A stretch of DNA of 64,000 nucleotides from Candidatus Latescibacterota bacterium (GTDB taxonomy: Bacteria > Latescibacterota > UBA2968 > UBA8231): contig OZ241867.1 of NCBI GenBank assembly GCA_965203175.1, positions 5,824,001-5,888,000 of the forward strand. The letters are read 5' to 3'. The translations under genes were made by a program, and so were the position numbers. The notes under the pieces were generated by a model that saw only the letters and a list, made by a program, of their open reading frames with translations, was not told the DNA's origin and did no database searches. Positions 54,569 to 64,000 of the stretch are shown here, one piece after another. Numbering within the stretch: the first letter of the stretch is position 1; every line of letters starts with the position of its first letter.

Positions 54569-56638
54569 TTGCAGTTTCTCAATCCCGCGGTCCTCCTCGG
54601 ACTAGTCGCGGCGACCCTTCCCCTAGCCATCCACCTGCTGCATCGAGGGCGTGCCCAGCCCCAGCCTTTCAGCGACTTTGCCTTTCTGCGCCAGCTACAG
54701 CAAAACCGCATGCGGCGGCTCCAACTGCGCCAGTGGCTGGTCCTCTTGCTGCGCACGCTCATCATCGCGCTCATCGTCTGCGCCTTTGCCCGCCCGACGT
54801 ATCAGGCCGGCGGCGGATGGGGAGGCGGAGATCGCCCGGTGGCCGTTCACGCGCTCTTGGACCTGTCGTACAGCACCCGCTACCAACGGCCCTCTGGCTC
54901 CCTCTTCGACCAACTCCAACGCCAGCTCGGCGACCTGCTGGCCGTTTTGCCCTCGCGCGATCAAGTGGCAGTGCAGCCTTTTGCCCAACGGCCTCGCGCC
55001 CCTTTTGCGGGCGACTACGACTACTTGGCCGAGCGCATTGCCGAACTCGCGCCGACGCAAGAGGCAACGGATTTGCGCGCGGCCTTGCACGCGGCAGCCC
55101 AACGATTCGACCAAGAATCCGCCCTAGCCGCGCACGAGCTTTTTCTTTTTACCGATTTGGCCCAATACAACTGGGATCAACTCGAGGATTCAGTCCCGTC
55201 CTTTGCTGGCACGCACGTCTATATCGCCGGCCCGCTCGCCCAGACCCGGCCAAATGCTTACGTCGAGCGGGTCACGGCCCCGAGCTGGATGCTCGCGGCC
55301 GACGCCAAAGTCACCCTGCAAACCGAAATCGCGCACAGCGGCGCGGGCACGGCGCTCGACCTGTTTGTCGATGGCCAGCGCGTGCGCCGCCAGAGCATAG
55401 ATCCCGGAGCGCCGGGCACGACCCAAGTAGCACTCAGCTTTTCGCCGCGCCGGCCCGGGCGGTTGAGTGGGCACGTCGCGCTCGCAGACGACGCCCTCGC
55501 GCTCGACAACCGCCGCTACTTCACGCTCGACCTACCCACCGCCATCACCGTGCTGGTGGTGGGCGAGCAACCCGAGGACGCGTACTATGCGCGCCGGGCA
55601 CTCGGGGCGGCAGCCCTCTCCGATCCGGTCGTAAAAATCCGCACTGGTCTCTTTGCCAATCTCGACGTCAGCACCCTCGCCGGAGTAGATGTGCTCGTGC
55701 TCTGCAACCTCGCGCGGCTGAGCGCAGCGCAAAAGGCAGTTTTAGACGAATTCGTCGCCAGCGGCGGCGGCGTGGTCCTCTTTCCCGCACCGCAGAGCGA
55801 CCTCGGTTACTACAACCGCGACCTCTTGCCCGGCCTGACTCCGGGGCGCTTCAAAAACCGGATCGGCACACCCGGCAACACAGCCAACTATCAAGTCTTA
55901 GATTCGGACGAGCCTCACCACCCGCTTTTCAACGACCTCCTCGCCAGCGATGGCGATCAACCGCGCTTCTACGCCCATTTCACCATGACCCCCGCGCCCG
56001 ACCTCCTGCCCTTGGCCCGTTTCAATGACGGACAACTCGCCATGGCACTGGCTTGGAAGGAGCAGGGACGCGTCGCACTCGCGGCGTTCCCCATCGACCC
56101 GCAGTGGAACGACCTGCACCAACGCGGGCTGTTCGCCCCCCTCCTGCACCGCTTGGTTCGCGAGTTGAGCCTGCCACCCGACCGCCATGCCGCTTACCTA
56201 GTGGGAGAAACGGTCTATCGCCGCTTGGCCGATGTGCCAATGGAAACTGTAGTAGAGGCCGCGACGCCGTCGGGCGAGCGCCTGCGTTTGGAGCCGGAGC
56301 CCGTCGGCGGCCAATACTTGTGGAAAATTCCCCAAGTCGGCGAGGCTGGCATCTGGCGATTGCGGGCTGCGGGCGCAGAGGTCGATGCGTTTGCCGTCAA
56401 CTTCGACGCCCGCGAATCCGCTCTCGGACCCGTAGTGCCCGAGTACGTACGGAGCGTTTTCGCGGACGCGGAAGTCCATTTCCTCAACCCGGGTGACGAC
56501 CTGCGCCTCGCGGTCTTAGGCAATCGCCACGGCCGCGAACTGTGGCGCGAATTCCTGCTTTTAGCCCTCGGCCTCCTCCTCGCCGAACAGTGGATCGCCC
56601 GCGCACCCCGCGACGTTCCGGTTCGTCAGGCGGCGTAA
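54569..56638 (+). CDS. BatA-domain / vWA-like membrane protein
   Basis: FLNP..L.GL....P..IHLL, LLLR......FARP, LDLSYS, FTD and DN.RY motifs; C-terminal TM ELW...EQW. Confidence 0.85.
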   Translation: MQFLNPAVLLGLVAATLPLAIHLLHRGRAQPQPFSDFAFLRQLQQNRMRRLQLRQWLVLLLRTLIIALIVCAFARPTYQAGGGWGGGDRPVAVHALLDLSYSTRYQRPSGSLFDQLQRQLGDLLAVLPSRDQVAVQPFAQRPRAPFAGDYDYLAERIAELAPTQEATDLRAALHAAAQRFDQESALAAHELFLFTDLAQYNWDQLEDSVPSFAGTHVYIAGPLAQTRPNAYVERVTAPSWMLAADAKVTLQTEIAHSGAGTALDLFVDGQRVRRQSIDPGAPGTTQVALSFSPRRPGRLSGHVALADDALALDNRRYFTLDLPTAITVLVVGEQPEDAYYARRALGAAALSDPVVKIRTGLFANLDVSTLAGVDVLVLCNLARLSAAQKAVLDEFVASGGGVVLFPAPQSDLGYYNRDLLPGLTPGRFKNRIGTPGNTANYQVLDSDEPHHPLFNDLLASDGDQPRFYAHFTMTPAPDLLPLARFNDGQLAMALAWKEQGRVALAAFPIDPQWNDLHQRGLFAPLLHRLVRELSLPPDRHAAYLVGETVYRRLADVPMETVVEAATPSGERLRLEPEPVGGQYLWKIPQVGEAGIWRLRAAGAEVDAFAVNFDARESALGPVVPEYVRSVFADAEVHFLNPGDDLRLAVLGNRHGRELWREFLLLALGLLLAEQWIARAPRDVPVRQAA

Positions 56639-56751
56639 AGAGGGAATTATATACGTGAGTGTCGATAACCAAGCCACAACCATTCGATTCAACGAGAAGT
56701 TCATGACCCCACGCTGAGAAAGTTCGCCGTGGGCAATCTGCAAGGAGACCT

Positions 56752-57180
56752 ATGGAAAAAGTAAAAAGCTATTTTGATCAAGAACTAGTAGATGTCGTAG
56801 GGGCATTTCTGTCTTTTTCGTGTGCGATCCACTGCGTGGCAATGCCGCTTTTAGTAACAATTCTGCCGTTACTGGGGCTCGGGTTCCTCGCAAGTGAACG
56901 CGCGGAATTAATCATTATTGGAGCCGTTGCGCTCGCATTAGGTAGCGTCGTTTGGGGGATTAGGAATCACAAAAGTTGGAGAGCATTTCTCATCCTCGTA
57001 GTGGCAGTAGCGTTCATCGCCACCGCCCCCGTTGCTACTGAAGGAATCTTTGAAGTAGTCCTCCATGCAACGGGAGGCATCCTACTGGCAGCAGCACATC
57101 TCCTAAATCGGCACCTATGCAAGATATGTCCTGCCTGTGAACGCGAACATACGGGTGATTCTCATTCGCTGCAGCATTGA
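56752..57180 (+). CDS. MerC-domain membrane protein
   Basis: D..G..LS..CAIHC...P, four TMs, His/Cys-rich tail; lower GC. Confidence 0.8.
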   Translation: MEKVKSYFDQELVDVVGAFLSFSCAIHCVAMPLLVTILPLLGLGFLASERAELIIIGAVALALGSVVWGIRNHKSWRAFLILVVAVAFIATAPVATEGIFEVVLHATGGILLAAAHLLNRHLCKICPACEREHTGDSHSLQH

Positions 57181-57200
57181 CAGAGTATACGACCTTTGCC

Positions 57201-57518
57201 TCATCCGCCGGCATCTAGCGCACGAAAAAACTCAAACGTATAAATGCCGTGATCGTGCCCGTCGGCCCATTCAATGCGAATGCCGTAGCGCCCGACGTAG
57301 CTAACCCCCCGCACCTCGGCCGTGGCCGACACTGCCTCCGGCTGCAAAAGCGTCAACCCGCTTTCGCTCGTATCGCGCAATTCCCGGCAGTGAGCACAAG
57401 GGCACTCGCGCCGCAACCCCTCCAAGTCGTAGCGGCTCTCGCGGCCATCGTTCCACCCGATGACCAACTCACCGGCCCGGCCATCCACGGCAATGTCGCG
57501 CGGCTTCGCCTTGTTCAA
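57201..57518 (-). CDS. DUF971 (GBBH-like N-terminal) protein
   Basis: W.DG..S.Y....LR..CPCA.C and VG.Y...I.W.DGH..GIY motifs. Confidence 0.88.
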   Translation of the reverse strand: MNKAKPRDIAVDGRAGELVIGWNDGRESRYDLEGLRRECPCAHCRELRDTSESGLTLLQPEAVSATAEVRGVSYVGRYGIRIEWADGHDHGIYTFEFFRALDAGG

Positions 57519-58834
57519 CGCGGCGCTCCCACCACCCGAGCACTCAGTTCGTAGGGCGCAGCGTCAGTGATCTCCACTTCGACGAAAGACCCCACCGGAG
57601 GCGTGCCCTCGGCGATTACTACTTGGCCGTCGATTTCCGGAGCGTCGCGCTCCATCCGCCCATAGCACATCTCCCCCACGCGCGCATCGACCAAGACCAC
57701 CTGCCGCGAGCCGACAAGTTCGTCGTTTTTCTCCGTGCCCACGCGCTCCTGTAGTTGCGTCAAGCGGCTGTAGCGCTCCTGCTTGACCTCCTCGCTGACC
57801 GGATCGCCAAGCTCATACGCCGAAGTCCCATCTTCCGGCGAGTAGAGAAAGCCAGTCGCGTAGTCAAAGCGCGTCTCAGCTACGAACTCCAGCAAGGCGG
57901 CAAAATCGTCCTCGGTCTCGCCGGGAAAGCCGACGATGAACGTCGAGCGCAGTCCGGCCCCCGGCAACCGCTCCTGCAGTCGCGCCAACAAATCGAGCGT
58001 CTTTTGGCGCGTTGTCGCCCGCTTCATGCGCTTGAGCACCGGGTCGGAGATGTGTTGCAGCGGCATGTCGATGTACCGGCACATCTTGTCACACGTAGCG
58101 TAGAAGTCGATCAATTCCTCGGTCCAAAACGCCGGATAGGTGTACATCAAGCGCATCCACTCAATGCCCTCCACCTCGGCGAGCGCTTGTAAGAGGCGCA
58201 CGAGCTGCGGCCGGCCGTAGAGGTCGGCCCCATAGCGCACCGAGTCCTGCGAAACCAAGACCAGCTCCCGCACCCCCTCCGCGGCCAGCCGCTCGGCCTC
58301 GGCCACGAGCTGTTCGACCGGCTCGCTCACGTGCCGCCCGCGAATGGCGGGAATGGCGCAAAAGGCGCATTGGTGATCGCAGCCGTCCGATATGCGCAGG
58401 TACGCCCAGTGCTTGGGCGTCAGCGAAGTCCGCGGCAAGCTGGCCAAGTACCTGGGCCGCTGGACGCCCAACACATCGTCAACGTGGTGGACGATGTCGG
58501 CCTCGTCGGCGATCGTCAACAGCTTGTCGGCCTCTACCAACTCCTGCGCTAGCTCCTCGTAGTAGCGCGTCGATAGACACCCCGTGACGATCACCCCCTC
58601 GCACTGCCCCTCTTGCTTGAGCCGATGCGCGTCCATAATCGCGGCGAGGGATTCTTCTTTGGCTGGCTCGATAAAGCCGCAGGTATTGACCACCACCACG
58701 TCCGCTTCTTCCGGCGCGTCCGTCATCTGATAGGCATGGCCCTGCAAAAGCCCCAGCATCCGCTCGGAATCAACCGTGTTTTTCGGGCACCCCAAGCTGA
58801 CTAGGTGCACTTTGTGGGGCTGGTTCTCATTCAT
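57515..58834 (-). CDS. rimO: Ribosomal protein S12 methylthiotransferase
   Basis: SLGCPKN.VDSE, NTCGFI, radical SAM CDHQCAFC, YIDMPLQH, IVGFPGET and DAPEIDG (TRAM) motifs. Confidence 0.95.
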   Translation of the reverse strand: MNENQPHKVHLVSLGCPKNTVDSERMLGLLQGHAYQMTDAPEEADVVVVNTCGFIEPAKEESLAAIMDAHRLKQEGQCEGVIVTGCLSTRYYEELAQELVEADKLLTIADEADIVHHVDDVLGVQRPRYLASLPRTSLTPKHWAYLRISDGCDHQCAFCAIPAIRGRHVSEPVEQLVAEAERLAAEGVRELVLVSQDSVRYGADLYGRPQLVRLLQALAEVEGIEWMRLMYTYPAFWTEELIDFYATCDKMCRYIDMPLQHISDPVLKRMKRATTRQKTLDLLARLQERLPGAGLRSTFIVGFPGETEDDFAALLEFVAETRFDYATGFLYSPEDGTSAYELGDPVSEEVKQERYSRLTQLQERVGTEKNDELVGSRQVVLVDARVGEMCYGRMERDAPEIDGQVVIAEGTPPVGSFVEVEITDAAPYELSARVVGAPR

Positions 58835-58835
58835 C

Positions 58836-59939
58836 TCATCCCTCGCAAAACCGCTGCGCGTATGCAATGGCCACGCGCACCGTGTCATCGGTTATTCCCT
58901 CCACGACCTCCACTTCCCCAATCCGCCGACCCAACACGAACCGCAACTGCCCATCCACTCGCTTCTTGTCGGCCTTGGCACAGGTCAAAATCCGCTCCGC
59001 CTCCACCTCGGCCAATCCCCCGGGCACCCCCAACCGCTCCAGCAACGCGTCCTGCCGCTGCCTTTCTGCTTCGGGCCACAACCCCTCGCGGCAGGCGATT
59101 TCTCCCGCGGCGATCAAACCCAAAATTATCGCCTCTCCGTGCCGATAGCGGCTGTAATCCGTGGCGGCCTCAATCGCGTGCCCAATGGTGTGCCCGTAAT
59201 TGAGAATGGCCCGCAAGCCCTGCTCCTTCTCGTCGGCGGCCACCACCTCGGCTTTGATCTCGACATTGCGGCCGATGAGCCAGTCCAAGGTCTCCGGCAC
59301 CAGTGCCATATCCACGACCTCCTCCAAGTGCTCCTCCAAAAAGGCGAAGAGCTCAGCGTCGCGGATCAGCCCGTGTTTGACCACCTCGGCCATGCCCGCG
59401 ACCCGCTCCCGCCTCGGCAGCGAGTGCAGCGCATTGGTGTCGGCCAAGACCAAGCGCGGCTGGTGAAAGGTGCCGATCAGATTTTTGCCCAGCGCGTGGT
59501 TGACCCCCGTCTTGCCGCCAATGCTCGAATCCACCTGCGCGACGATGGTCGTCGGCACCTGCACATAGGGCACGCCGCGCAAATAGGTGGAGGCCACAAA
59601 GCCCGCCATGTCGCCGACTACGCCCCCGCCGAGGGCCACGACCCAATCGCCGCGGTCGAACCCGGCCGCGATCATCTGCGTGAAAATGCCCTCAGCCCCG
59701 TGCAGGTTCTTAGCCTCCTCGCCCCCAGTATAAACAATCTCCAACACCTCGAATCCAGCGGCGCGCAAGCTCGCGGCCGCAGGTTGCAGGTAGTGCGCAG
59801 CCACAACCTCGTCGCTCACCAGTGCTACCTGCCGCCCCAAAGCCAAGTCGCGGCAGCGCGGCCCTAGTTCCCCTAAGATATCGTGGCCGACGAAAATGGG
59901 GTATGCAGCCCCTGGGATGTCTAAGTCAATTCTTTGCAT
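58836..59939 (-). CDS. aroB: 3-dehydroquinate synthase
   Basis: GGGVVGDMAGF, QVPTT, DSSIGGKTGVN, KNLIG and LNYGHTIGHAIE motifs. Confidence 0.97.
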   Translation of the reverse strand: MQRIDLDIPGAAYPIFVGHDILGELGPRCRDLALGRQVALVSDEVVAAHYLQPAAASLRAAGFEVLEIVYTGGEEAKNLHGAEGIFTQMIAAGFDRGDWVVALGGGVVGDMAGFVASTYLRGVPYVQVPTTIVAQVDSSIGGKTGVNHALGKNLIGTFHQPRLVLADTNALHSLPRRERVAGMAEVVKHGLIRDAELFAFLEEHLEEVVDMALVPETLDWLIGRNVEIKAEVVAADEKEQGLRAILNYGHTIGHAIEAATDYSRYRHGEAIILGLIAAGEIACREGLWPEAERQRQDALLERLGVPGGLAEVEAERILTCAKADKKRVDGQLRFVLGRRIGEVEVVEGITDDTVRVAIAYAQRFCEG

Positions 59940-60459
59940 AGCTCTCCAGTAAGTCGCGGAGTTTCCCGGCCGTGTCCTCAGGCGTCTGCACCTGCGTGGT
60001 GTACAGCTCGATGTGGGCTTGGTCGTAAAAAGGAGCGCGCTCGCGGAGCAGGGATTCTATTTTAGCGCGCTGCGCCTGCGGGTCCAACCCGGCGAGCAGG
60101 GGCCGGTTAGAGCGGCGCCTGACGCGGGCAAAAATCGTCTCCACGTCGGCCTTGAGGCACACCAACACACCTGCGCGGCGCACGGCCTCGACGTTGTCGG
60201 CGCGGGTGATCGCCCCACCGCCCAAGGCCACCACGGCATCCGGGCGCTGACAGGTCTCGAGAACGCAGTCGCGCTCTAGCTGGCGGAAGTGAGCCTCGCC
60301 TTCGTCGGCGAAGATCTCCGCAATGGTCTTGCCAGCGCGCTGTTCGATCATCCGGTCGGTGTCCAGAAAGCAGCGCCCTAGCTCCCGCGCCAGAATGCGC
60401 CCGACCCGGGTCTTGCCCACGCCCATAAAACCAGCTAAAAATACCGGTCTCTTCGTCAT
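59926..60459 (-). CDS. aroK: Shikimate kinase
   Basis: GFMGVGKT, DTD, GE..FR.LE, GGG and RPLL motifs. Confidence 0.95.
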   Translation of the reverse strand: MTKRPVFLAGFMGVGKTRVGRILARELGRCFLDTDRMIEQRAGKTIAEIFADEGEAHFRQLERDCVLETCQRPDAVVALGGGAITRADNVEAVRRAGVLVCLKADVETIFARVRRRSNRPLLAGLDPQAQRAKIESLLRERAPFYDQAHIELYTTQVQTPEDTAGKLRDLLESYAKN

Positions 60460-60469
60460 GCCCCACGCC

Positions 60470-62185
60470 TCACATTCGCTCGAGCGTCTCGATGCCGAGC
60501 AGATCGAGCCCCTGGCGCACTATGCGCGCAGTCAACAGCGCCAGCAGCAATCGGCTCGTCCGCACCGGCTCGTCCGCGCGGAGAACCGGACACTGCTCGT
60601 AGAACTTCATAAAGGCGTCGGCCAGCTCGTAGAGATAATTGCAGAGTACGTGCGGATAGCACTGATGGACCACCGCCGCGACCACCTCGGGAAACTGCAA
60701 CAGCTTGATGGCGAGCGCCTTCTCGGCCCTTTCGCCAATGATTATCGCGCCGTCGAGCGCATCTCCATCCACACCAGCGCGGCGGAACATGCTCTTGATG
60801 CGGGCGTACGAATACAGCATGTACGGAGCGGTGTTGCCGTCGAGAGCCAGCATCTTGTCCCAGTCGAACACGTAGTCTGAGGTGCGATTGAACGACAGCT
60901 CCATGTACTTGATGCTGCCAATGCCAATCACGCGGGCGATCTTTCGCCGCTCGGCCTCGTCCATGTCGGGATTCTTCTCGCTCACTTGGGCAAAGGCCCG
61001 GGCTACGCCCTCCTCCAACACGTCCATCAGCTTGACCACGCCGCCAGTTCGCGTCTTGAATGGCCGGTTGTCCGCGCCGAGAATCGCGCCAAACTCGTGA
61101 TGCTCCAAAGCGGTCGCCTCGGGCGCGTACCCAGCCGCCCGCGCCACCGCGAAGACCTGCTGCAAGTGAAGCGACTGGCGTGCATCCACGATGTAGAGAA
61201 TGCGATCGGCAGCGAGCGCGCCAGCTCGATAGCGCACGGCCGCGAGGTCGCTCGTCGCATAGAGGTAGCCGCCGTCCGACTTCTGCACGATCACCGGCGT
61301 GATCTGGCCGTCCTTGTTTTTGAATTCCTCCAGAAAGACGCACTGCGCGCCGTTGGATTCCACCAGCAAGTCCTTGGCCCGCAAATCCTCGACCACGCGG
61401 GGCAAGTCGTCGTTGTACGCGCTCTCACCTTGCACGTCTTCGGGCTTGAGACCGACTCCTAGCGCGTCGTATATGCGCTGGCCGTGGGCGAGCGACTCGT
61501 CGATGAACTGCTGCCACATCCGCTGCACGTGCGGGTCGCCGCTTTGCAGCTTGACCACGTATTCCCGCGACAGATCGGCGAACGCCTCGTCTTGGTCAAA
61601 GCGCTGCCGCGCCGATTGGTAGAATACTTCTAGATCGGCCAATTCCGTAGCCGGGTCCGCAATCTCGTCCAAGTGGGCGATGAGCATCCCAAACTGCGTC
61701 CCCCAGTCGCCCACGTGATTGTGGCGCACGACCTCGTGGCCCGCAAATTCGAGGACGCGGGCGATGGCGTCGCCGATGACCGTGCTGCGCAAATGGCCGA
61801 TGTGCATTTCCTTGGCCAAGTTGGGATGCGAGTAGTCGAGTACGACCTTTTGCGGCGCGTCCTTGGACACGCCGAGCCGCGGATCGGCCAGCACGTTCCC
61901 TAACTGCGCGGCCAGCCACTCGCCCTTGAGTTGGATATTGATAAAGCCCGGACCAGCGATATCTACGGACGCAGCCATGTCCTCCAGATCCAGTTCCTCC
62001 ACGACTTGGGCGGCGAGTGCACGGGGATTGGTCTTCAGCTTCTTGGCCGCAGCCATCACGCCGTTGGCTTGATAGTCGCCAAACTCTGGGCGAGTGGCCG
62101 GACCAACGAGGGCCGGAGAATCGGCAGGCGCACCCGCTCGGGCCAGTGCCGCGCTAATGCGCGTTTCTAATGATTCGGTTATCAT
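60470..62185 (-). CDS. argS: Arginine--tRNA ligase
   Basis: FGDYQ.N, GPGFINI, HIGH motif, NHVGDWGTQFG, FKTR.G and GNTAPY motifs. Confidence 0.97.
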   Translation of the reverse strand: MITESLETRISAALARAGAPADSPALVGPATRPEFGDYQANGVMAAAKKLKTNPRALAAQVVEELDLEDMAASVDIAGPGFINIQLKGEWLAAQLGNVLADPRLGVSKDAPQKVVLDYSHPNLAKEMHIGHLRSTVIGDAIARVLEFAGHEVVRHNHVGDWGTQFGMLIAHLDEIADPATELADLEVFYQSARQRFDQDEAFADLSREYVVKLQSGDPHVQRMWQQFIDESLAHGQRIYDALGVGLKPEDVQGESAYNDDLPRVVEDLRAKDLLVESNGAQCVFLEEFKNKDGQITPVIVQKSDGGYLYATSDLAAVRYRAGALAADRILYIVDARQSLHLQQVFAVARAAGYAPEATALEHHEFGAILGADNRPFKTRTGGVVKLMDVLEEGVARAFAQVSEKNPDMDEAERRKIARVIGIGSIKYMELSFNRTSDYVFDWDKMLALDGNTAPYMLYSYARIKSMFRRAGVDGDALDGAIIIGERAEKALAIKLLQFPEVVAAVVHQCYPHVLCNYLYELADAFMKFYEQCPVLRADEPVRTSRLLLALLTARIVRQGLDLLGIETLERM

Positions 62186-62221
62186 GCGTTATTTATGTTG
62201 TTTGTCTTTATTGCCAGCAGT

Positions 62222-63070
62222 CTAAGCGGGAAAATGCTCCAGTGCGGCCGCAATCATCGCCTCGACTGGCGGCTTGACACCCGTCCATATCTCAAACGAA
62301 CGCGCGCCCTGCCAAGCAAGCATGCCCAAGCCGTTGATCGCGGATGCACCAGCGGCTGCGGCCTGCCGCATGAGTACGGTCTCCAAGGGATTGTACACAA
62401 TGTCGGCAACCAGCATGCGCTCGTGCAGGCACGACGGATCCGCCAGCGGCGAAACGTCGTCGCGGGGGTGCATCCCCAGCGCCGTGGCGTTGATGAGCAA
62501 ACCAGCGTCCCCAATCGGCCCGGTCTCTGCCAGCGATCCGACCCGCACCTTGCTCTTGCTGTCGAGGTCGCCGGCGAGGACTGCGGCCTTTTCCACCGTG
62601 CGGTTGAGCAGCAGCACTTCCTCCACCTCGTCCCGCGCCAGCAGCGCGTAGAGCACGGCCCGCGCCGCGCCACCCGCGCCGAGGAGCGCGACCTTGGGCG
62701 GCAGCGGGTCCAAGCCGCCATCGGCCTTGAGACTCTGCACGATCCCAAAGGCGTCGGTGTTGTACCCCAAAAGCCGGCCATCGCGGTTGGCAATGGTATT
62801 GACCGCGCCAATGCTCTGAGCCTCTGCGGAAATCTCGTCGAGATGCTCCATGACGGCCTGCTTGTGCGGCACAGTTACATTCAGCCCAACCATACCAAAA
62901 GCGCGCATTCCGGCGAGCGCTTGGGGCAAGGCTGCGGGAGCGACGCGGAACGCCGCGTACACATAATTGAGATTCAGCGCCCTGAGCGCGGCATTGTGCA
63001 TAGCCGGCGACGCCGTGTGTGCGACCGGGTCGCCAATGACGCCGAGTACCCGCGTCGTCCCGGAAATCAC
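62222..63070 (-). CDS. aroE: Shikimate dehydrogenase
   Basis: GDPV.H..SP.MHN, NVTVPHK, GAVNT, NTD, GAGGAARA, DIVYNP and GLGML..Q motifs. Confidence 0.96.
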   Translation of the reverse strand: MISGTTRVLGVIGDPVAHTASPAMHNAALRALNLNYVYAAFRVAPAALPQALAGMRAFGMVGLNVTVPHKQAVMEHLDEISAEAQSIGAVNTIANRDGRLLGYNTDAFGIVQSLKADGGLDPLPPKVALLGAGGAARAVLYALLARDEVEEVLLLNRTVEKAAVLAGDLDSKSKVRVGSLAETGPIGDAGLLINATALGMHPRDDVSPLADPSCLHERMLVADIVYNPLETVLMRQAAAAGASAINGLGMLAWQGARSFEIWTGVKPPVEAMIAAALEHFPA

Positions 63071-63209
63071 CCCAACAAATCCTCAACGAAGCAGTTGGCA
63101 ATTTCGAAGGATTCGCGCCACGATACGTTGTAGAGCAAGCGAATGGCGAGTAGGCCGCCACCCAACATCACGGCCGCGCACACAAAGAGCCGAAAGAGTC
63201 CTCTCATAT

Positions 63210-64000
63210 TTAATCTCCTCCAATAGATTGTACGGTCTTAAAAAAATCGGGCCAGATGGGTGCCAAGCACTCGCTACCTTGGATGGTCAACTCCCCTTCG
63301 GCCAACAGCCCGGCCACGGCAAAAGCCATGGTTAAATTAGGATTGCCCTTGCCGTCGAGTTGGCCACCCTGGAGCGGGAAGCCGCCTTTGATGACGAGCC
63401 CCTCCGGAAACTGGCCAATCCGCGCATCGAGCGAGCGCAGCGCAGCGCACAAATGCTCCACGTGCGGCATATCTTCGATGTCGCGGATAACCGTCGTCCC
63501 CTGCGCCTGAGTCGCCAAGACTGCTAGCAACGCGATCTGGTCGGCGACCTTATCGGTTCGCGACCCCGCCACGCGCGTGGCCTTTAACTGGCTGGCGCTC
63601 ACGTACAAATCGCACGCGCTTTCCCCTATGTCTTCCGCGACAATCTCCGCCCCAATCTGCCGCAGCAAATCCAAAAAGGCCCGCTGCCCAGGGCGAATGA
63701 CCACGCGCTTGACGGTTAGCTCCGACCCCTTGCGGCACAGCGCAGCCCCTATGAGCGGATAGGTCAACGCAAGTTGCCCGGGGATCTCTACGTCAACGTC
63801 CTGGAGCGCCTGCCCACCTTCTATCGACAGCAGTTTGCGCCGCTCAACGGAGATCCCGCGCCCGCGCAACAAGCGCTCCACGTGGGTGCCGACTTTCAGC
63901 GCGCTCGTCCCCTCGGCAAAGAGTGCGGCCACCATCGCGCCCAGCGCTAGGGCATCGGTCGGCGGTGCCTCGGAGAGGACGAACCCTTTGGCCTGCTGAC
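63210..64000 (-). CDS. EPSP synthase (AroA)-fold protein, 5' partial, catalytic motifs degenerate
   Basis: Open frame to the window end. AroA-like scaffold (A.G.T.IR, MAFAVAGL.A.G...I...EC....WPDFF) lacking SAQ, RDH, KESDR and DHR. Confidence 0.75.
   Translation of the reverse strand, partial: QQAKGFVLSEAPPTDALALGAMVAALFAEGTSALKVGTHVERLLRGRGISVERRKLLSIEGGQALQDVDVEIPGQLALTYPLIGAALCRKGSELTVKRVVIRPGQRAFLDLLRQIGAEIVAEDIGESACDLYVSASQLKATRVAGSRTDKVADQIALLAVLATQAQGTTVIRDIEDMPHVEHLCAALRSLDARIGQFPEGLVIKGGFPLQGGQLDGKGNPNLTMAFAVAGLLAEGELTIQGSECLAPIWPDFFKTVQSIGGD

Noticed and set aside
54733-56028. 431-aa alternative-frame ORF inside the BatA gene, and similar long shadow ORFs (13959-15107, 58776-59867, 62195-63133)
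   Set aside because: Typical high-GC off-frame or antisense ORFs with biased composition over well-supported genes.
1-64000. tRNA, rRNA, riboswitch, IS or integrase
   Set aside because: None recognisable by eye; an Infernal/Rfam scan of the intergenic regions (e.g. 43445-43698, 25363-25540) would be needed to exclude small RNAs.

Overview
This is a GC-rich bacterial chromosomal window with about 57 CDS and no visible rRNA, tRNA, CRISPR array, integrase or transposase. The gene mix (PhyH dioxygenases, nitrilases, FG-GAP/CRTAC1 proteins, a leishmanolysin-like protease, C-terminal (S/T)WGxVK motifs) suggests a Latescibacterota/Poribacteria-like, possibly sponge-associated organism; this is inference only. 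1-20 kb is a paralog-rich catabolic region interrupted by a Panacea (DUF4065) antitoxin plus a candidate toxin. 20.5-25.6 kb is a defence island: an AAA-ATPase, a BsuBI/PstI-type R-M pair and an orphan Cas2/VapD-like + 2-TM gene pair, with the last four genes bracketed by a ~102-bp diverged duplication of a host promoter and gene start. 27.9-33.2 kb holds a membrane pentaheme cytochrome c-TPR gene and a CRTAC1 gene split by a DUF6883/DUF4926-like pair. 34.2-36.6 kb is a tightly coupled, lower-GC three-gene cassette (TIGR04255-like, QEWEG protein, ComEC-like MBL hydrolase) and is the best candidate for an undescribed defence system. The remainder is ackA/rspA, uppP, secreted proteins, two OM beta-barrels, an EPS cluster headed by a tandem YjbQ-like protein, sixA-PTS IIA-BatA, and a housekeeping operon (degenerate aroA, aroE, argS, aroK, aroB, rimO). 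Family assignments come from recognising motifs by eye, not from database searches.
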